Below the pieces are notes generated by a model. That model saw nothing but the letters and a program-made list of their open reading frames with translations. It did no database searches and was not told where the DNA came from. From Octopus sinensis (taxonomy: Eukaryota): a stretch of DNA of 64,000 bases. Shown piece by piece: positions 12,050 through 28,442 of this stretch (its first letter is position 1; the number at the start of each line of letters is the position of its first letter). The stretch covers positions 2,108,001 to 2,172,000 of the forward strand of contig NC_043015.1 in the NCBI RefSeq assembly GCF_006345805.1. The letters are read 5' to 3'. The position numbers and the translations under genes were made by a program.

Positions 12050-13140
12050 CCTACGGTATCCATCCCCACCGTGTTGATGTTGTAGCTGATTACGGTGAAC
12101 AAACTTTTAGCGGCCTGACCCTGAAAGGTCGGGCAGAGGTGGCGAATGCCTACATCGGCTCTGTTATAATTTATCACCTGACATTCGTGCCTTGTCATGA
12201 TTACCGTTGACCAGGTTGGAGTGTCACTTGTTTAAATTCTTGCGGAAGACATGCATTCCAGTTTTCAAATACCAGTATCCTCTGAATCAGAAATTAGGTA
12301 TGCCGTGGCTCCTGATGGAAGATACACTCTTAGGTTACGTCACCTCAGGGATGTGAGGCTCATTTTTCTGGAGCTCGTCTCAGTGACGGAGCTGCAGTCC
12401 TGGATGAAGAAATGACTGAGACTAGACGCCTGATATCCAGAATATCATCAGGTGTCCCCAGCCCTCTACCAATCTGGCAATGGAATCAGTGGATTTTCCG
12501 CTACAGAAATTTATAGAGGACTAGTTCCCGGGGAAACTCTGAGCATCGACCAATACGAACTGGCTTGTCTGTTCCGGAGGACTTTCCGGTCGGAAAATAT
12601 AATGGATAATTTCGAGATGTGCTTGGACTGGCAGCGCTACGGGGTGGGGTGGGGCTACTGGTTCGAGATAAACATTACAGGCTCGGAAGTGCTAGCAGAT
12701 GAACTCCTCCGAGGTGCGCACAGCGTGACGAAACCGTGCTGCACGCACTCGTCTTGTGCCCGGGCATTGCTGACTTGTGGGTTTATGTCGAACAGCTACT
12801 CTCACGAGTAGGACGGACCCGTATGTCGGTCGAGTCTGTAGTGATTATTCGGCCACTGTACTCCTTCAATGAGGCAGACTAGGCAGTTTTCCTTTGTCTA
12901 ATGGCTGTGGAAATAGAGGTTGCTTGGTAAACAAAGCAAAAAGGCATGAGGGCAGCTACATTCCTCTTTGGTAGAGCTTTCATTGACTTCAAGTTTCACT
13001 CGAAGAGGAAATTAGGGACAGAGAGGGAAGTGTTGTCCTTGAGGGAGTTTACTGAGACGTGGGTGAAAGTTGCGAAAATGGCAAGAGTGGCTGTACCTAC
13101 GTATGTGTAGACCTGTGAGTCGAATAGAAGTAAATGGAGA
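12050..13140 (+). mobile_element. Tx1/L1-clade LINE, 3' part of ORF2 (pseudogenised)
   Basis: Across frames: LTLKGRAEVANAYIGSVIIYHLTFVPC, LFKFLRK, LGMPWLLM, then the C-terminal Cys/His motif PRCAQRDETVLHALVLCPGIADLW and REFTETWVKVAKM. Stops and frameshifts present. Confidence 0.85.
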
Positions 13141-13179
13141 GTGCATTTATTCTTGGTATTCACAGAAATCTCTGACAGT

Positions 13180-13391
13180 GGTGAGCTAGCTAGCAGAAAT
13201 GTTAGCATGCCAGGCGAAATGCTTAGCGGGATTTCGTCTGCTGCTACGTTCTGAGTTCAAATTCCGCCGAGGTCGACTTTGCCATTCATCCTTTCAGGGT
13301 TGATTCAATAAGTAGCAGTTCCGCAATGGTTTCGATATAATCCACTTAATATGTTTGTCTGTCCTTGTTTGTCCCCTCTGTTTGTAGTCCC
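13180..13391 (+). mobile_element. SINE family A, 3'-truncated
   Basis: GGCGAAATGCTTAGCGGGATTTCGTCTGCTGCTACGTTCTGAGTTCAAATTCCGCCGAGG. Confidence 0.85.
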
Positions 13392-13408
13392 TTTTTCTTC
13401 TTCTTCTA

Positions 13409-13463
<55 letters not shown>

Positions 13464-13468
<5 letters not shown>

Positions 13469-13935
13469 TAGTATATTTTTATATCGTGCTTTCAATTCAC
13501 TACCGAGCGCAGCTCTGTGTGACTTGGGTATGTGCTGTGATTTGTTGTGATGCTCTGATGGTTATTGTATGGAAAGTGTTCTGCGTAGGATGTGTGCAGT
13601 GCCTAGTAGTGCAATTTTCTGTATGTTATATGTGTTTGTAAGTCCTGGTGTTTTTGTTATGTATTTGTCTGAATATTTTTTTATCATGCCTAATGCACCT
13701 ATTATGATAGGAATTGTTTCTGTTTTTGGATTCCACATTCTGGTTACCTCTATTTCCAGGTCTTTGTATTTTGACAGTTTCTCTATTTCTTTTAGAGACA
13801 CGTTGTCATCTGCCGGTATTGATACATCAATTAGAAAGCCTTTTCTTCATGATCTCTGACAACTATATCTGGTCTGTTGGCCTTAATTTCTCTATCTTTG
13901 TGTATTGGCATATGCCAGAATATGGTAGCTTTCTC
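13464..13935 (-). mobile_element. R4/Dong-like non-LTR retrotransposon 3' end (restriction-like endonuclease), 5'-truncated, in a TAA microsatellite
   Basis: Minus translation WHMPIHKDREIKANRPDIVVRD..FLIDVSIPADDNVSLKEIEKLSKYKDLEIEVTRMW..IPIIIGALG..LLGTAHILRRTL, which contains the RPD...D...K...KY..L RLE motif with one frameshift. (TAA)n at both ends. Confidence 0.85.
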
Positions 13936-13968
13936 GTTTTCTTTTTCTTCTTCTTCTTCTTCTTCTTC

Positions 13969-14070
<102 letters not shown>

Positions 14071-14071
14071 C

Positions 14072-14627
14072 ATTGAGTGAGAGAGCAGTTCATGCCATCA
14101 AAGTGACACTGGGGTAAAATATACGAAGCCCAATATACCCATCATGACTACCCGTCTGATAAAGGTACACCAGACACATGCATCACAACCATATGTGCGC
14201 GACATGGTGATCTCATATCAAGATAAACAGCACATGACCTTGCAGGTGGGGCCCAGTTAGAATTTTCTTCAGGTTGAGTAGCCCATCCCGCTCAAACGGT
14301 CCCTGAATAAGGGTTGTTTAAGGACGTCGAAAGAACCACCCATGTTTCCAGAGGTGAACTATTCAAACCCAAAAGAATCCCTCTCAACACATGGCTATCA
14401 TGCTCCCCCACTACTTCTGCTCGTGATCAGAGATGCACATATCGTCAGCCACTAAGGGACATGCTCAACTGGTTAAGGTCAAACAACTGACAAGCAAATC
14501 TGTGGTATTGAGCAGAATATTTGCTGTAGCCCATCTTTTATACCAAGACAAAACAATGTACATGATAACACTTCCAATCAGTTAAGATCAGAAGCCATGA
14601 GAGCCACTGCCTGGTACTGCATCAGGG
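14072..14627. mobile_element. Unclassified 556-bp GC-richer element embedded in (TTA)n
   Basis: Sharp boundaries against TTA repeats on both sides. No ORF, no tRNA head, no TG..CA termini with TSD. TATAAAAG on the minus strand at ~14536-14543. Confidence 0.5.
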
Positions 14628-14745
14628 AAATTATTATTATTGCTGTTGTTGTTGTTATGATGATGATGATGATGATGATGATGATGCTTGAATATTGTTA
14701 TGATTGATTATTACTGGATATATGCTACACGTAACATCGCAACGT

Positions 14746-15131
14746 GGAAGCGCAATGGCACAGTGGTTAGGACAGGGGAGTTGTGGTCATAGGATCGCGG
14801 TTTCTATTACCAGACGGGGTTTTGTGAGTGTTTTATTGAGCGAAAACACCTAAGGTTCCATGACGCTTCGGCAGGGGATGATGGCGAACTCTGCTGTTTT
14901 CTGTCACCACAAGTTTATCTCCCTCTTTCTTCCTGTTTTTGTTGTACTTGCATTTCAAAGGGGCAGCGTTGTCACAATATGTGTCACGCTGAATCCTCCC
15001 CACCCCGAGAACTACGTTAAGGGTACACGTGTGTGTGGATTTCTTAGTCACTTGCACGTTAATTTTATGAGCAGGCTGTTCCGTTGATCGGATCAACTGG
15101 AACACACTTCGTCGTAACCGACGGAATGCCA
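14746..15131 (+). mobile_element. tRNA-derived SINE family C
   Basis: Head GGAAGCGCAATGGCACAGTGGTTAGG...CGCGGTTTC. 3' end GCAGGCTGTTCCGTTGATCGGATCAACTGGAAC...GTAACCGACGGA. Homologous to 23228-23607. Confidence 0.85.
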
Positions 15132-15629
15132 GGATAACATTCTAACACTCGATGTTAAATATTTAGGCACATATAAGTATTATACCTAATACTGATGGAC
15201 AGAATAGTTGAGAGTAGTCACTTTAATGGAGAGGGCCTGCGACTTTGCCTAAACCTTGAACTAATGGAAGCTAGAAAGAGGTAAGAAAAATACAACGTTG
15301 GGCAAGTTAACATGCATTCAGGAAAAAGAACCATATCACAACGTGAAATTTTTGAGAAGAATATACATAGTCTGTTCATTCTATTTCCTCTGACAGTTTT
15401 AGGCTTTAGCTGCGCTAACGTCTCTCAAGCTAACGTACCCTCGATTCAACTTCCGATTCAAGTTCCGGGAACTTTTATTGGTCTCTTGCGATTTAAACTC
15501 TTTAAAACATTCGGTTCTCCTTATGTTTTGTATGAATTTAAAACAGGCCCAATACGTACCAGATGTTTGCCTGCTATCCATTTAATGCCCTTACTCTAAA
15601 AGACACAAATGCACACAAGTACATACGCA

Positions 15630-17656
<2,027 letters not shown>

Positions 17657-17759
17657 TATATATTATATATATATATATATATATGTGTGTGTCTTTTTTG
17701 TGCACGCATGTGTGTATGTGTGTGTATATGGTAATGCATGTAGGCTTATATATTATATA

Positions 17760-17812
<53 letters not shown>

Positions 17813-18619
17813 TACATACATATATACACACGTATGTACATACATATACAATAATAATCTAAGCTGTTTAACTTTTATTAAATATCAGATTGTCGAGGAA
17901 TTTTTATTTCCTCTTCGCATTTTTATTCTGCCTGTTTGTCTCCGCTCCCGGAGGAAAAGATTACAAAAGATCATTGTGTATAGAAGGACAGCTTCATCTT
18001 TCTATTGAGTGGTTAAGAGGATTTCGACGCCAACATTCAATTATTCAAATGATGTATGTGTTAGATTGTGTATGCAAAGTTCACAGTCTACAAGCGAAAA
18101 AATAGACCGGACAATTTTCACTTTTAGCAAATGTTGTGAGTCTAATAGTCTAATTCACCGGATATTGTTTGCGTGATCAGGGATTACATCGTCTTAATTC
18201 TACGCTTTCTCATCTTGTCAGCATTATTTAGTACTCAAAATGAGCGTATATATGTATGTAAACACTTGTGGGTTGTGTGTATGCATTATGAGTATGTATG
18301 CACACATATACGCAGAGTGTATAAATTTGAATCAATGTGTGCGGATGCACATGTGAGTGGTTACATGTGTATATATATTCGTGTGGAATGCAAATGCGGA
18401 GACATGAAAATTAATATCTGCGATAATAATGCGTAAAATCTATGTACATGTAGATGTATATGTGTTTGTATGTTGGGGTTTGTTTGTTTAGGTGGAAATC
18501 CTTGTTTCTGAGTAATGTGTGTTTGTATCTGATTCCGTGTATGATTGTTCGTATATATTTATCCATAGTTATCCATCTATAATTTCACATATGTACACCA
18601 CACATACACACACGCATAT

Positions 18620-19080
<461 letters not shown>

Positions 19081-19619
19081 TGAAAGCTATGACGAAAGTG
19101 ATGCGTAAAAGTAGGTGTGACTGGTTTTATGTATAGATATAAGATGCTCAAAATGCTCATGATATTTGAGTATCCTTACTTATATAAACCTACCACACAG
19201 CATGGATCTCATTAATCTCAAATTTCTTACACATCATGTTTCTCATCGTTTTAGCCGTCAATTTTTTTTTTTATTTGTCTTTTTCCCTTGAGGACAGTCC
19301 TTCCCTAGATCGAACAAATCGAAGTCTTCGATATTTCTTACCTATATTGTTTTTTTAATTCTAATATTCTTTTCACGTTTTGTTGTTTTCCGTACACATA
19401 CATAAATACACACACACACACGCGCGCACACACACATACACACACAGATAGATAGATATTTATATATTCATATGTTCATGCATACAAGAAAATAGAAGTA
19501 AAATTATGAGTATATGTATATTTGTAATTAATATTCAGCAAAATCAAGAGAGTGACTCCAGATCCGAGAGTTTCGTGCGTCTCAACTTATAAACGGAAAT
19601 ATAATACAATATATATATT

Positions 19620-19960
<341 letters not shown>

Positions 19961-20819
19961 ACCTATTTGCATATATGCACAAACATACAGAGTGGAATCC
20001 TTATGTAACCGAATATTTAGAGTGATCAACAAACGATAATGAGGTCATCGTGTTTTGTCCTGTCACTATTGTCTTCTCTACTGGAGCAGCTCTAGTTTCT
20101 TACACGTGTCTAGTTCCAAGTGTTTTGATTTGTCATTTGTTAAATGTCGGATGATTGTTTTATGACGGTCCATTACTACGCAAACATCTGATTTAAACGG
20201 AAAATTCATAGTACCAGCGACGAGTGTATAATCACAAAGATGGTGACGGCTACGCTTATATAAGCATAACTATAAATATAAATATATATGCGTGCCTACA
20301 TTCAATAAGTATAATTATGCTTATGCGTATAAAAATGCATTTATTCCCATACGCACGCATGCATACATACATCTATTAATCTATACGTACATGCAGACCT
20401 ACATACATCACTGGAAGTGTAAAAATCTGTAAAACTTTCCAGAAGTTTATCAATTAGGTATATATATATAAACATGTCTATATATGCAAATATATGTATG
20501 GGAATACATACATAAAACAAAACATACAAATTTGCACGTACATATACATACAATAAAACCTTGGTGCCGATGCTGATATTTCAACGAAGGAGCCTTGGAT
20601 GTAAATTAGAAAACTACTCTTTTCTTTTAGTAAGAAATCTTGAAACAAAACTGAGAAATGATATACATACATGCTTGTATAGATAAATACATACATAGAT
20701 ACGTACATATCAATCCCTTTCACTGTATGTTATATATATAACCAGATAGTTAAATAGGTAGATACATGGATAGATAGACAGACAGACAGACAGATAGATT
20801 GATAGATGGATAGTTCGAC

Positions 20820-20961
<142 letters not shown>

Positions 20962-21603
20962 GTAACGTGATATTACTATATTATGTTAATTTGGTCGGAA
21001 ACACAATTCTTACTTTCAGAAAATAGCACTGATTTCTAAATCGCAAAGGTAATTCCATTGTTTAAATTTACAATTCGGAACTTCTATCCAAATCTCCACA
21101 GTCCGTAAGATTTTGTTTTTGTATTTTACTCTTTATTTAACGCGTCATTAAAAGAATATTCTGCAAAAGTCAGGGAACGTTACCCAATACAGCACATTTT
21201 TTTTGTACTCTAGTTATAAAGGCCGAAATTTTGGAGGAGGGGGCCATACGTTTAGATCGAGTCCATATAAAGAATCAATAGAATGGATCCAGCCTCAAGA
21301 TCTTCCATTTAAAAGATGTAAACGTAAAAAATACTCCGAAATCTGAAAAAACAATCGGCCTAAAGAATTTCGTATATGTGATTACCAATAGTACATAGAG
21401 ATTGTTGTTATAACCTATATAATCATAACTGTTTTGACATACTATGAAAATAATTTATCATTCCTTGAGAGAAAATGATATCACAAAATGTACAAATTGA
21501 ATACGTTGTCCTTCACACAGACACAGAGAAATCTACATCAGATTCAACAGCCAAATTTACATTTAATTGAATATATCGTATAAATCCTATAAAATTCGTA
21601 ATT

Positions 21604-22520
21604 AATGCAGGACGTATATTTTCTAACCCACAATAGAATATAGAAAATAACAATAACTTATTGATTGTATGTAAAAATTTAAATTCAGTAACGATAAAAT
21701 AGAAACGTATATTTATCGATGATGAACTTTTTTTAGTTTTTTATCGGCAATTTCATCTCATGCATATATACTGAATTCATATTCATATATAATTGTACAG
21801 AGGGCGTGATGATATATGTTGAATAATATCCAGTATAGATTATCAAATAATATTCCAAAATTGTTTTGGAATATCATATAAATTATCGCAACCTCTATAA
21901 CACACACAGTGTTATTTATCAATATATGATTATATATTTCTGTCAAAGCAAAAATACACTTGAAGCAAAGCGCTACAATATCTTCGGTTTATTCAACGAT
22001 AAGGCGATGTTGCATAAATTCAATATTTCAAAACAGAAGCTATGAAGATATACTTTTGTCTATACAAGAGAATGATAAATACCATGTTTCTGATTTGAAT
22101 AATCACTGGATTATGTCACGCAAAGATAATTTTGCTGACATATTCCGATGGGTTAACATGACTGTGTACAGTATTACTTGCTCAAATGCAAATTCTTCTG
22201 ATGATTGTACGTCTCAATCCTTGATGTGCAGCTTCCGTTGCAGAGAGAACATACGGAAATTTGACTGCAGGTTTAATAATATGTGAACGATTGTTTTTCT
22301 GTTTCTGTTTATAAAGATAGCCGAGCTTACTCTCCGTATAATATAATCCGTTCCAGCAGTGACAAGACTCAAGTTAACAGCTGTAATGGTAACACATTTT
22401 ATACAATTTGTAATTGATACAGGACGTATATTTTCCAACCTACAATAGAATATGGAAAATAACAATAACTTATTGATTGCATGTAAAAATTAATATTAAG
22501 TAACGATAAAATAGAAACGA
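21604..22520 (+). mobile_element. Decayed Penelope-like fragment bracketed by ~105-bp direct repeats
   Basis: CAGGACGTATATTTTC...CAATAGAATAT..AAATAACAATAACTTATTGATTG..TGTAAAAATT...GTAACGATAAAATAGAAACG occurs at ~21607-21707 and ~22420-22519. Internal ORF 21960-22286 (IQENDKY..NF..NMTVYSITCSN...TSQSLM) weakly resembles a GIY-YIG N-terminus. Confidence 0.45.
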
Positions 22521-22919
22521 TAATTCCCATACTTAAGATATTTAAGGTACAAATTGTTCTTCATTTGTCTACGGAAACACTTGGAAACACTCGGAAACAC
22601 TGTTGTTCAGTCATGAATTTCCGATCGTGTAGAGGGGTGTAAATGCTGCTTCAAGGGAGACTGGTATTAGAAATTTTGTGTCCCAAATTATATCTCGTTT
22701 GCAGACCTCTGTACCTTTTTCACACACTGGCTTTTAAATCACTATTGATACTAATCTGTCTCTATGTTTAGCCCGTTGTGGGCAACAAAGAAATAAGATA
22801 CTAACCTGTAGGCTGTATGTATTCCAGTTTATGTAGTAAATAACTCATTCAGAGACAGGTGAGTAGAAAGTCAGAGTGCTTAGTACCAGTTATTTACTAC
22901 TAAGGTGCTGCCAGATTTG

Positions 22920-23110
22920 TGTAGTGTAACGTCTTTGAATAACAGGACATGAGTTTAGTCCTCCAACTGTTTCATTTTGTATGTCCAGTCCGACTCACTT
23001 GGAACAAGTGGATTCGACATTACTAATTTGATATTCCTTCTAGGTAAGTTTATCTCACGAGTTCAGGATACAGAATTCTTACGCTCGTTTCATGAAGATT
23101 CCGGCAAGTG
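22920..23110 (+). repeat. Diverged duplicated ~190-bp segment, copy 1 (contains 55-nt exon-like stretch 22989-23043)
   Basis: About 80% identical to 24544-24736 with essentially no indels. CAG|TCCGAC...CTAG|GTAAGT. Confidence 0.6.
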
Positions 23111-23227
23111 TATATTGATATGGGCGTTATATGAATTGGCGACCAATAGACCAGAAAGAACAGCACAACAATCTTCTTTTTTTTTCTCACGCATACACAT
23201 ATACACTTACACGCATATATACAAATG

Positions 23228-23607
23228 TGGAGGCGCAATGGCCCAGTGGTTAGGGCAGTGGAGTCGCGGTCATAGGATCGCGGTTTCGATTCCCAGACCG
23301 GGCGTTGTGAGTGTTTATTGGGCGAAAACACCTAAAGCTCCACGAGGCTCTGGTAGGGGATGGTGGTGATGCCTGCTGTACTCTTTCACCACAACTTTCT
23401 CTCACTCTTACTTCCTGTTTCTGTTGTACCTGTATTTCAAAGGGCCGGCCTTGTCACTCTCTGTGTCACGCTGAATATCCACGAGAACTACGTTAAGTGT
23501 GCACGTGTCTGTGGAGTGCTCAGCCACTTACACGTTAATTTCACGAGCAGGCTGTTCCGTTGATTCGGATCAACCGGAAACCTCGTCGTCGTAACCGACG
23601 GAGTGCT
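23228..23607 (+). mobile_element. SINE family C, full length
   Basis: TGGAGGCGCAATGGCCCAGTGGTTAGGGCAG...GGTTTCGATTCCC (A/B boxes); ends GTCGTAACCGACGGAGTGC. Confidence 0.9.
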
Positions 23608-24543
23608 TCCATCCATATACATGTGTGTCTGCGCGTATGAATATATGTATGTATTCATACTCACACACTCACTCACTCCCCATATATGTGCATGTGTATA
23701 TGTGTGTGTGTGTCTGCGTGCACCCACACATTCAAACACACATGCATAATTACGTACATATCTATGATTATTAGTATTTTAATTTTCTTAGCGCTAACAC
23801 AATCTCTTTTCCAAGGAATCCCATATGAAGTACCACATATTCTTCTTCTTGGATTCAATTCAAGATTATGCGTAGCTGAATATATATTTCCTGTAGAGCA
23901 CCCGTCTCCTTCTCAATGGAATTGAATGGTTGCGATAAGAATATTTCTGGATTGTTATGACAATATATTTCATACCTGAAGTAGTTCTATTGTTCCAGAA
24001 TCGCCATCAACTTCCTTCTTATGATATTACCATGGTTACGTAGATGAGAGAAGAAAACAAAAATGAACCTAATTTTCTCCTATTCTTTACATTTATTGCA
24101 AACCTAAAAATAACTGAATAAAATAACAGATAAATAAATTCAATTCAAATCTTTGATATAATACTACGTATTATTTTTCCGAAGAATCAATAGAAATCAA
24201 ACCTAGTTCCAAATTTCTAAAGAGATGAGATCTTTTATTATGATTTTTTACTTATTTGGAGAGTTCGGATGTATAGCATGTGGAATTATGGGCTGTTATT
24301 TAGAAGACCAAAAGATCGTGTCATGCCATTTGCCATATTTTAGTGATACTTTGTTAAAGAATGTCTACGCAAAGGTGATTGAACTAATGTTTGTTGTTAG
24401 AAAATAGAAATACATCGCAGTTAATAAAATTGACGAAAGGTGCAAGTATTTAACCGCCAGTCGTTTTGCAACCAAAAGAGAACGCATTACAAAATAAGCT
24501 CCATTTAAAAATATATTGTACACTCTCTGTATCAGAATGTACT

Positions 24544-24736
24544 TGTACTGTGTAACCTCTTTCAATAACAGTACATGGGTTTAGCTGACCAACTGTTTCA
24601 TTTTTTATGCCCAGTCCGACGCACTTGGAAGAAGTGGATTCGATATTGCTAATTTAATATTCGTTGTAGGTAAGTCTATCTTACGTGTTCAGGATACGGA
24701 ATTATTACGCTTATTTCATGCAGATTCTGGCAAGTG
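24544..24736 (+). repeat. Diverged duplicated ~190-bp segment, copy 2 (exon-like stretch 24615-24669)
   Basis: CAG|TCCGAC...GTAG|GTAAGT; the same single frame is open. Confidence 0.6.
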
Positions 24737-25435
24737 ACAGCGCATCTGTTCTCGTCGCAAATCGATCTATAATCCAATTTACAACACGAGACACTGAGTC
24801 TAAGCCCTTAATATACCCTATCGAATTCTTATTAGGTATTTACAAAAACGATTCAATTACGGCTCAGGAAACGACAAAGGTTCCTACAAGTTGTCATCCT
24901 CCTAATAGATTGCAAAACACAATTAAGTTACAAAGTATCTTCCCAAACCAAAAATAACAACCTCTCGAAAGTTGTAAGCTTTTGTTGAATCCTGTCTTCT
25001 TTGGCTTTTCGATATTTGTTTTTCTTACGTTATCTTTTCATTTAAACATTTCATAAACTCACTGAAATTACTAATGAATTCAATTTAAATTATTGTAACT
25101 TATGAATTGTATTTCAACTGATATAAGTAGAATAAACGACTACATTAAAAAGAAAAAAGATACGTATAGATCTTTTCACCAACGATCACCTATTTTATAT
25201 ATGTTTCAATCATTGTGAAACCCTGATTATATTACCCAGTCGTCTTCCATCATTTTCTGTTAAGGTAAAATTCATCACAGGAGATGTGGACATTGAAGTG
25301 GTATATGTAGAGAAGCAGAGTGGCTACGTGTATACTTCCAGTCTGGCTCATGCAACTGATAAATTTCTGGTTATGATAGTATATGCACAATGTGAGATAC
25401 ATTCCATTCCAAAGTTTAGTTCTATATTAGTTTTC

Positions 25436-25834
25436 TTTTATTCTTTTACATGTTTCAGTCATTTCACTACGGCCATGCTGGAGTACACCTTTCAATAGTT
25501 TTAGTCAAATAAATTGACCACAAGATTTATTTTTTCAAGCTTTGTACTTAATTTATCGGGTTTTTCTGCCGAACCACTAAGTTAGAAGGGCATAAACACA
25601 CCAACAACAATTGTCAAGCGGTGTTGGGGTGGGGGCAAACACACACACATAGATATAAACATATATATCCGTATATATATATATGATGGGCTTCTTTCGG
25701 CTTCCGTCTACCAAATACACTCACAAGGTTTTAGTTACCCCAAGGCAATAGTGCCCAAGGTGTCACGCAGTTGAACTAACCCGAAACCATGGGGTTGAGA
25801 AGTAATCTTCTTACCACACAGCCATGCCTGTACC
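25436..25834 (-). mobile_element. SINE family B, diverged
   Basis: Reverse complement of the family B 3' motif (TGTTTCAGTCATTT..GGCCATGCTGGAG) and head (CTTACCACACAGCC). Confidence 0.8.
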
Positions 25835-26661
25835 CATATGATTTATAATACTATAGATTTCTATTCTGAAATGGAAAATGAATCTTCCATATAGAGAAAT
25901 TTTAAATTATCTAAATATAAGTACTGTTTTCTTGTCATTCCATATATAAGCGGGAGAGATGAATATATTATCAGTGAGATAAAATGCTGAATTACATTTC
26001 TTTCTTATTTACCAAAATATCTAAGTCTTCAGAACATATATTTGAATATTCAATACTGTATTTACATTGAATTACGTACGAGAGAGGAACATAGAAATTT
26101 CAGAATGTATTGCACTCTAAGTATAGAAATACATAGGACATGTATAATATTGGTTCCCAGTCGATTATATAGACTCCAGTACTCAACAGGTTGTTAGTTT
26201 ATCGACCTCGAAACGACGAAATGCAAAATCGCGCTCGGCGGAAATTGAACTCAGAATGTAAGGATATAAGATGGAATTCATGAATCTTTTTCTCCAGCGC
26301 GCTAACGATTCCACTAGTTTGCGGCCTGAAAGGCATGTATGATATTAACGACCTTATATCAATCAGAAGATTTTGTCAGTATGTTTATTCTTCGAAAAAG
26401 AAAAGAAAATGGAATCAAAAACAGAAACAAAAAAATCATTATGTAATTAGAAGACTGATTTTCTGAAATTATGTACAATGATTTAAAGTTCTTTTAAAAA
26501 CACGCGAAACCTCATATATCTTTCGTGATAATAAGTACATGAATTGATTTGAAAGACACTCTAAATATCATTGTTTTGACTAGTTTTTCGGGACGTGTGC
26601 AAATCAAATAAATAATTTATTGCTTATTTTGAAACCCATGCACTTGAGCAGGACGTTTTCT

Positions 26662-27057
26662 GCGCAGGAGTGGCTGTGTGGTAAGTAGCTTGCTTACAAA
26701 CCACATGGTTCTGGGTTCAGTCCCATGGCATGGCCTCTTAGGCAAGAGTCTTCTACTATAGCCTTGAGCCGACCAAAGCCTTGTGAGTGGATTTGGTAGA
26801 CGGAAACTGAAATAAGCCCGTCGTATATATGTATATATATGTGTGTTTGTGTCTGTGGTGTCTCCCTCAACATCACTTGACAACTGATGCTGATATGTTT
26901 ACGTCCCCATAACTTAGCGGTTTGGCAAAAGAGACCGATATAATAAGTGCTAGGCTTACAAAGAATAAGTCCTGGGGTCGATTTGCTCGACTAAAGGTGG
27001 TGCTCCAGCATGGCCGCAGTCAACTGACTGAAACAAGTAAAATAGTAAAGAGTAAAT
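26662..27057 (+). mobile_element. SINE family B, full length
   Basis: GCGCAGGAGTGGCTGTGTGGTAAG head; GGTGCTCCAGCATGGCCGCAGTCAACTGACTGAAAC 3' end. Confidence 0.9.
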
Positions 27058-28442
27058 ATTCCACCAACTAGAGTAAAGACCGTAGAAACCTGACAATGAT
27101 TGATTAAATAATGTGCATAAAGATACTACCCCATGAGCAGTTAGTGTGCCATATAATTTTGGTGAGCAGCATATTTTAGAGTAACAACCAATTCTGTATC
27201 TATTTTCTCTGTCCAAGCCTTTATTCTGTTTTATTAGTCATTTTTCCCTATTTCTGTTGCACACCGATACTGCACAATTCGGTGCGTGACTCCATCATCA
27301 TTTGAGGTTATTCACCTTTTTTCCAAACGACCAAGCTTATAGCCAAAATGAAGTAATAAGAAGAGAGAACTGAACACAGAATGAAATTTCGCACGTTTGC
27401 GTGTATACATATTTTATCGTGGAAGAGTATTGGACTTACAAACGATAAAGCTATCGTGTTATATTTTCTTCAACTGCTTTCCATGGAGGATATAAAGACC
27501 ACTAATAACATACTGATGTCGACTATAATCCTATCACACAAATGTTTGGGCCTTGTGCTATGGCAAATAATCAATATTGCTGTTGACAGCCCTTTCATTT
27601 CATTTTTAAATTCTCTAAGTCGTTCGCAATACAATGTATTAATATGGAAGAAGAAAACGGATTTACGTTGTCCGCATAGGAAAAAAAAGAGAGAGAGAGA
27701 AAAGGAACCTCTCGTCAGTTAAACGTTCTTCGCGTTTCATTTCAGCTTTAATTACACCTGTTTCAATAAATGATTTGAAGATGTCCTCCTGATTTGAGTA
27801 GGTTCTGGTTTAAAAAAAAAATACAACAGATTTAGAGAAACCATATCATAATGTATAGCCATTTGCAGTCTGAATACCAATCTGCAATGTTTGGAAAGTA
27901 TTATACATAAATTTCCCCTTCACCCATTAATCAAGATGGCATACCTCGAATAACTGGTTAAAAGTTGATCCGTTTTAAAGTCTAAGAAGACAGCAATGCA
28001 GAAAGTGTGGAAACTGATTCTGGAAAGAGGAAACGGTTTTATAGCATTGATTTAATGTCAGATAGCGATTAACTTGCTGACAGATTTACTATCCATAGCT
28101 TATTCAGCCTGTATTTACAAATGAGATTGGCATAACCAATAAAATGCACCCATTTCAGCTTAAAATATTCTGCTAAAACGTTTTACACTTACGTTAAATA
28201 TTCCATAACATATACTTTAAATATATAAGTTCTCTTCCTCAAGAAAATACACGGTGTTCTGTTTTTGCTACAGTTTAGAACAATACGAATGTGTAACATT
28301 CATGCCTTTCTCGCATGACATAGTTTTTATTCAAATGGTTTAAAGTGGCACTGGAAAATAGTATAGTTTCTTGACTCCACAATTTGTAACGTAAATCTTA
28401 TGACGACTTCTAGAATATTCTCAGTAACCACAAACAATAGTG

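Noticed and set aside
19530-19600. Minus-strand GCACGAAACTCTCGG, resembling the 3' half of a hammerhead
   Set aside because: No CUGANGA core or stem I.
22570-22610. Short tandem (GGAAACACT.)x3, and (TATATTAG)n at ~49485-49520
   Set aside because: Ordinary minisatellites with no spacers; not CRISPR-like.
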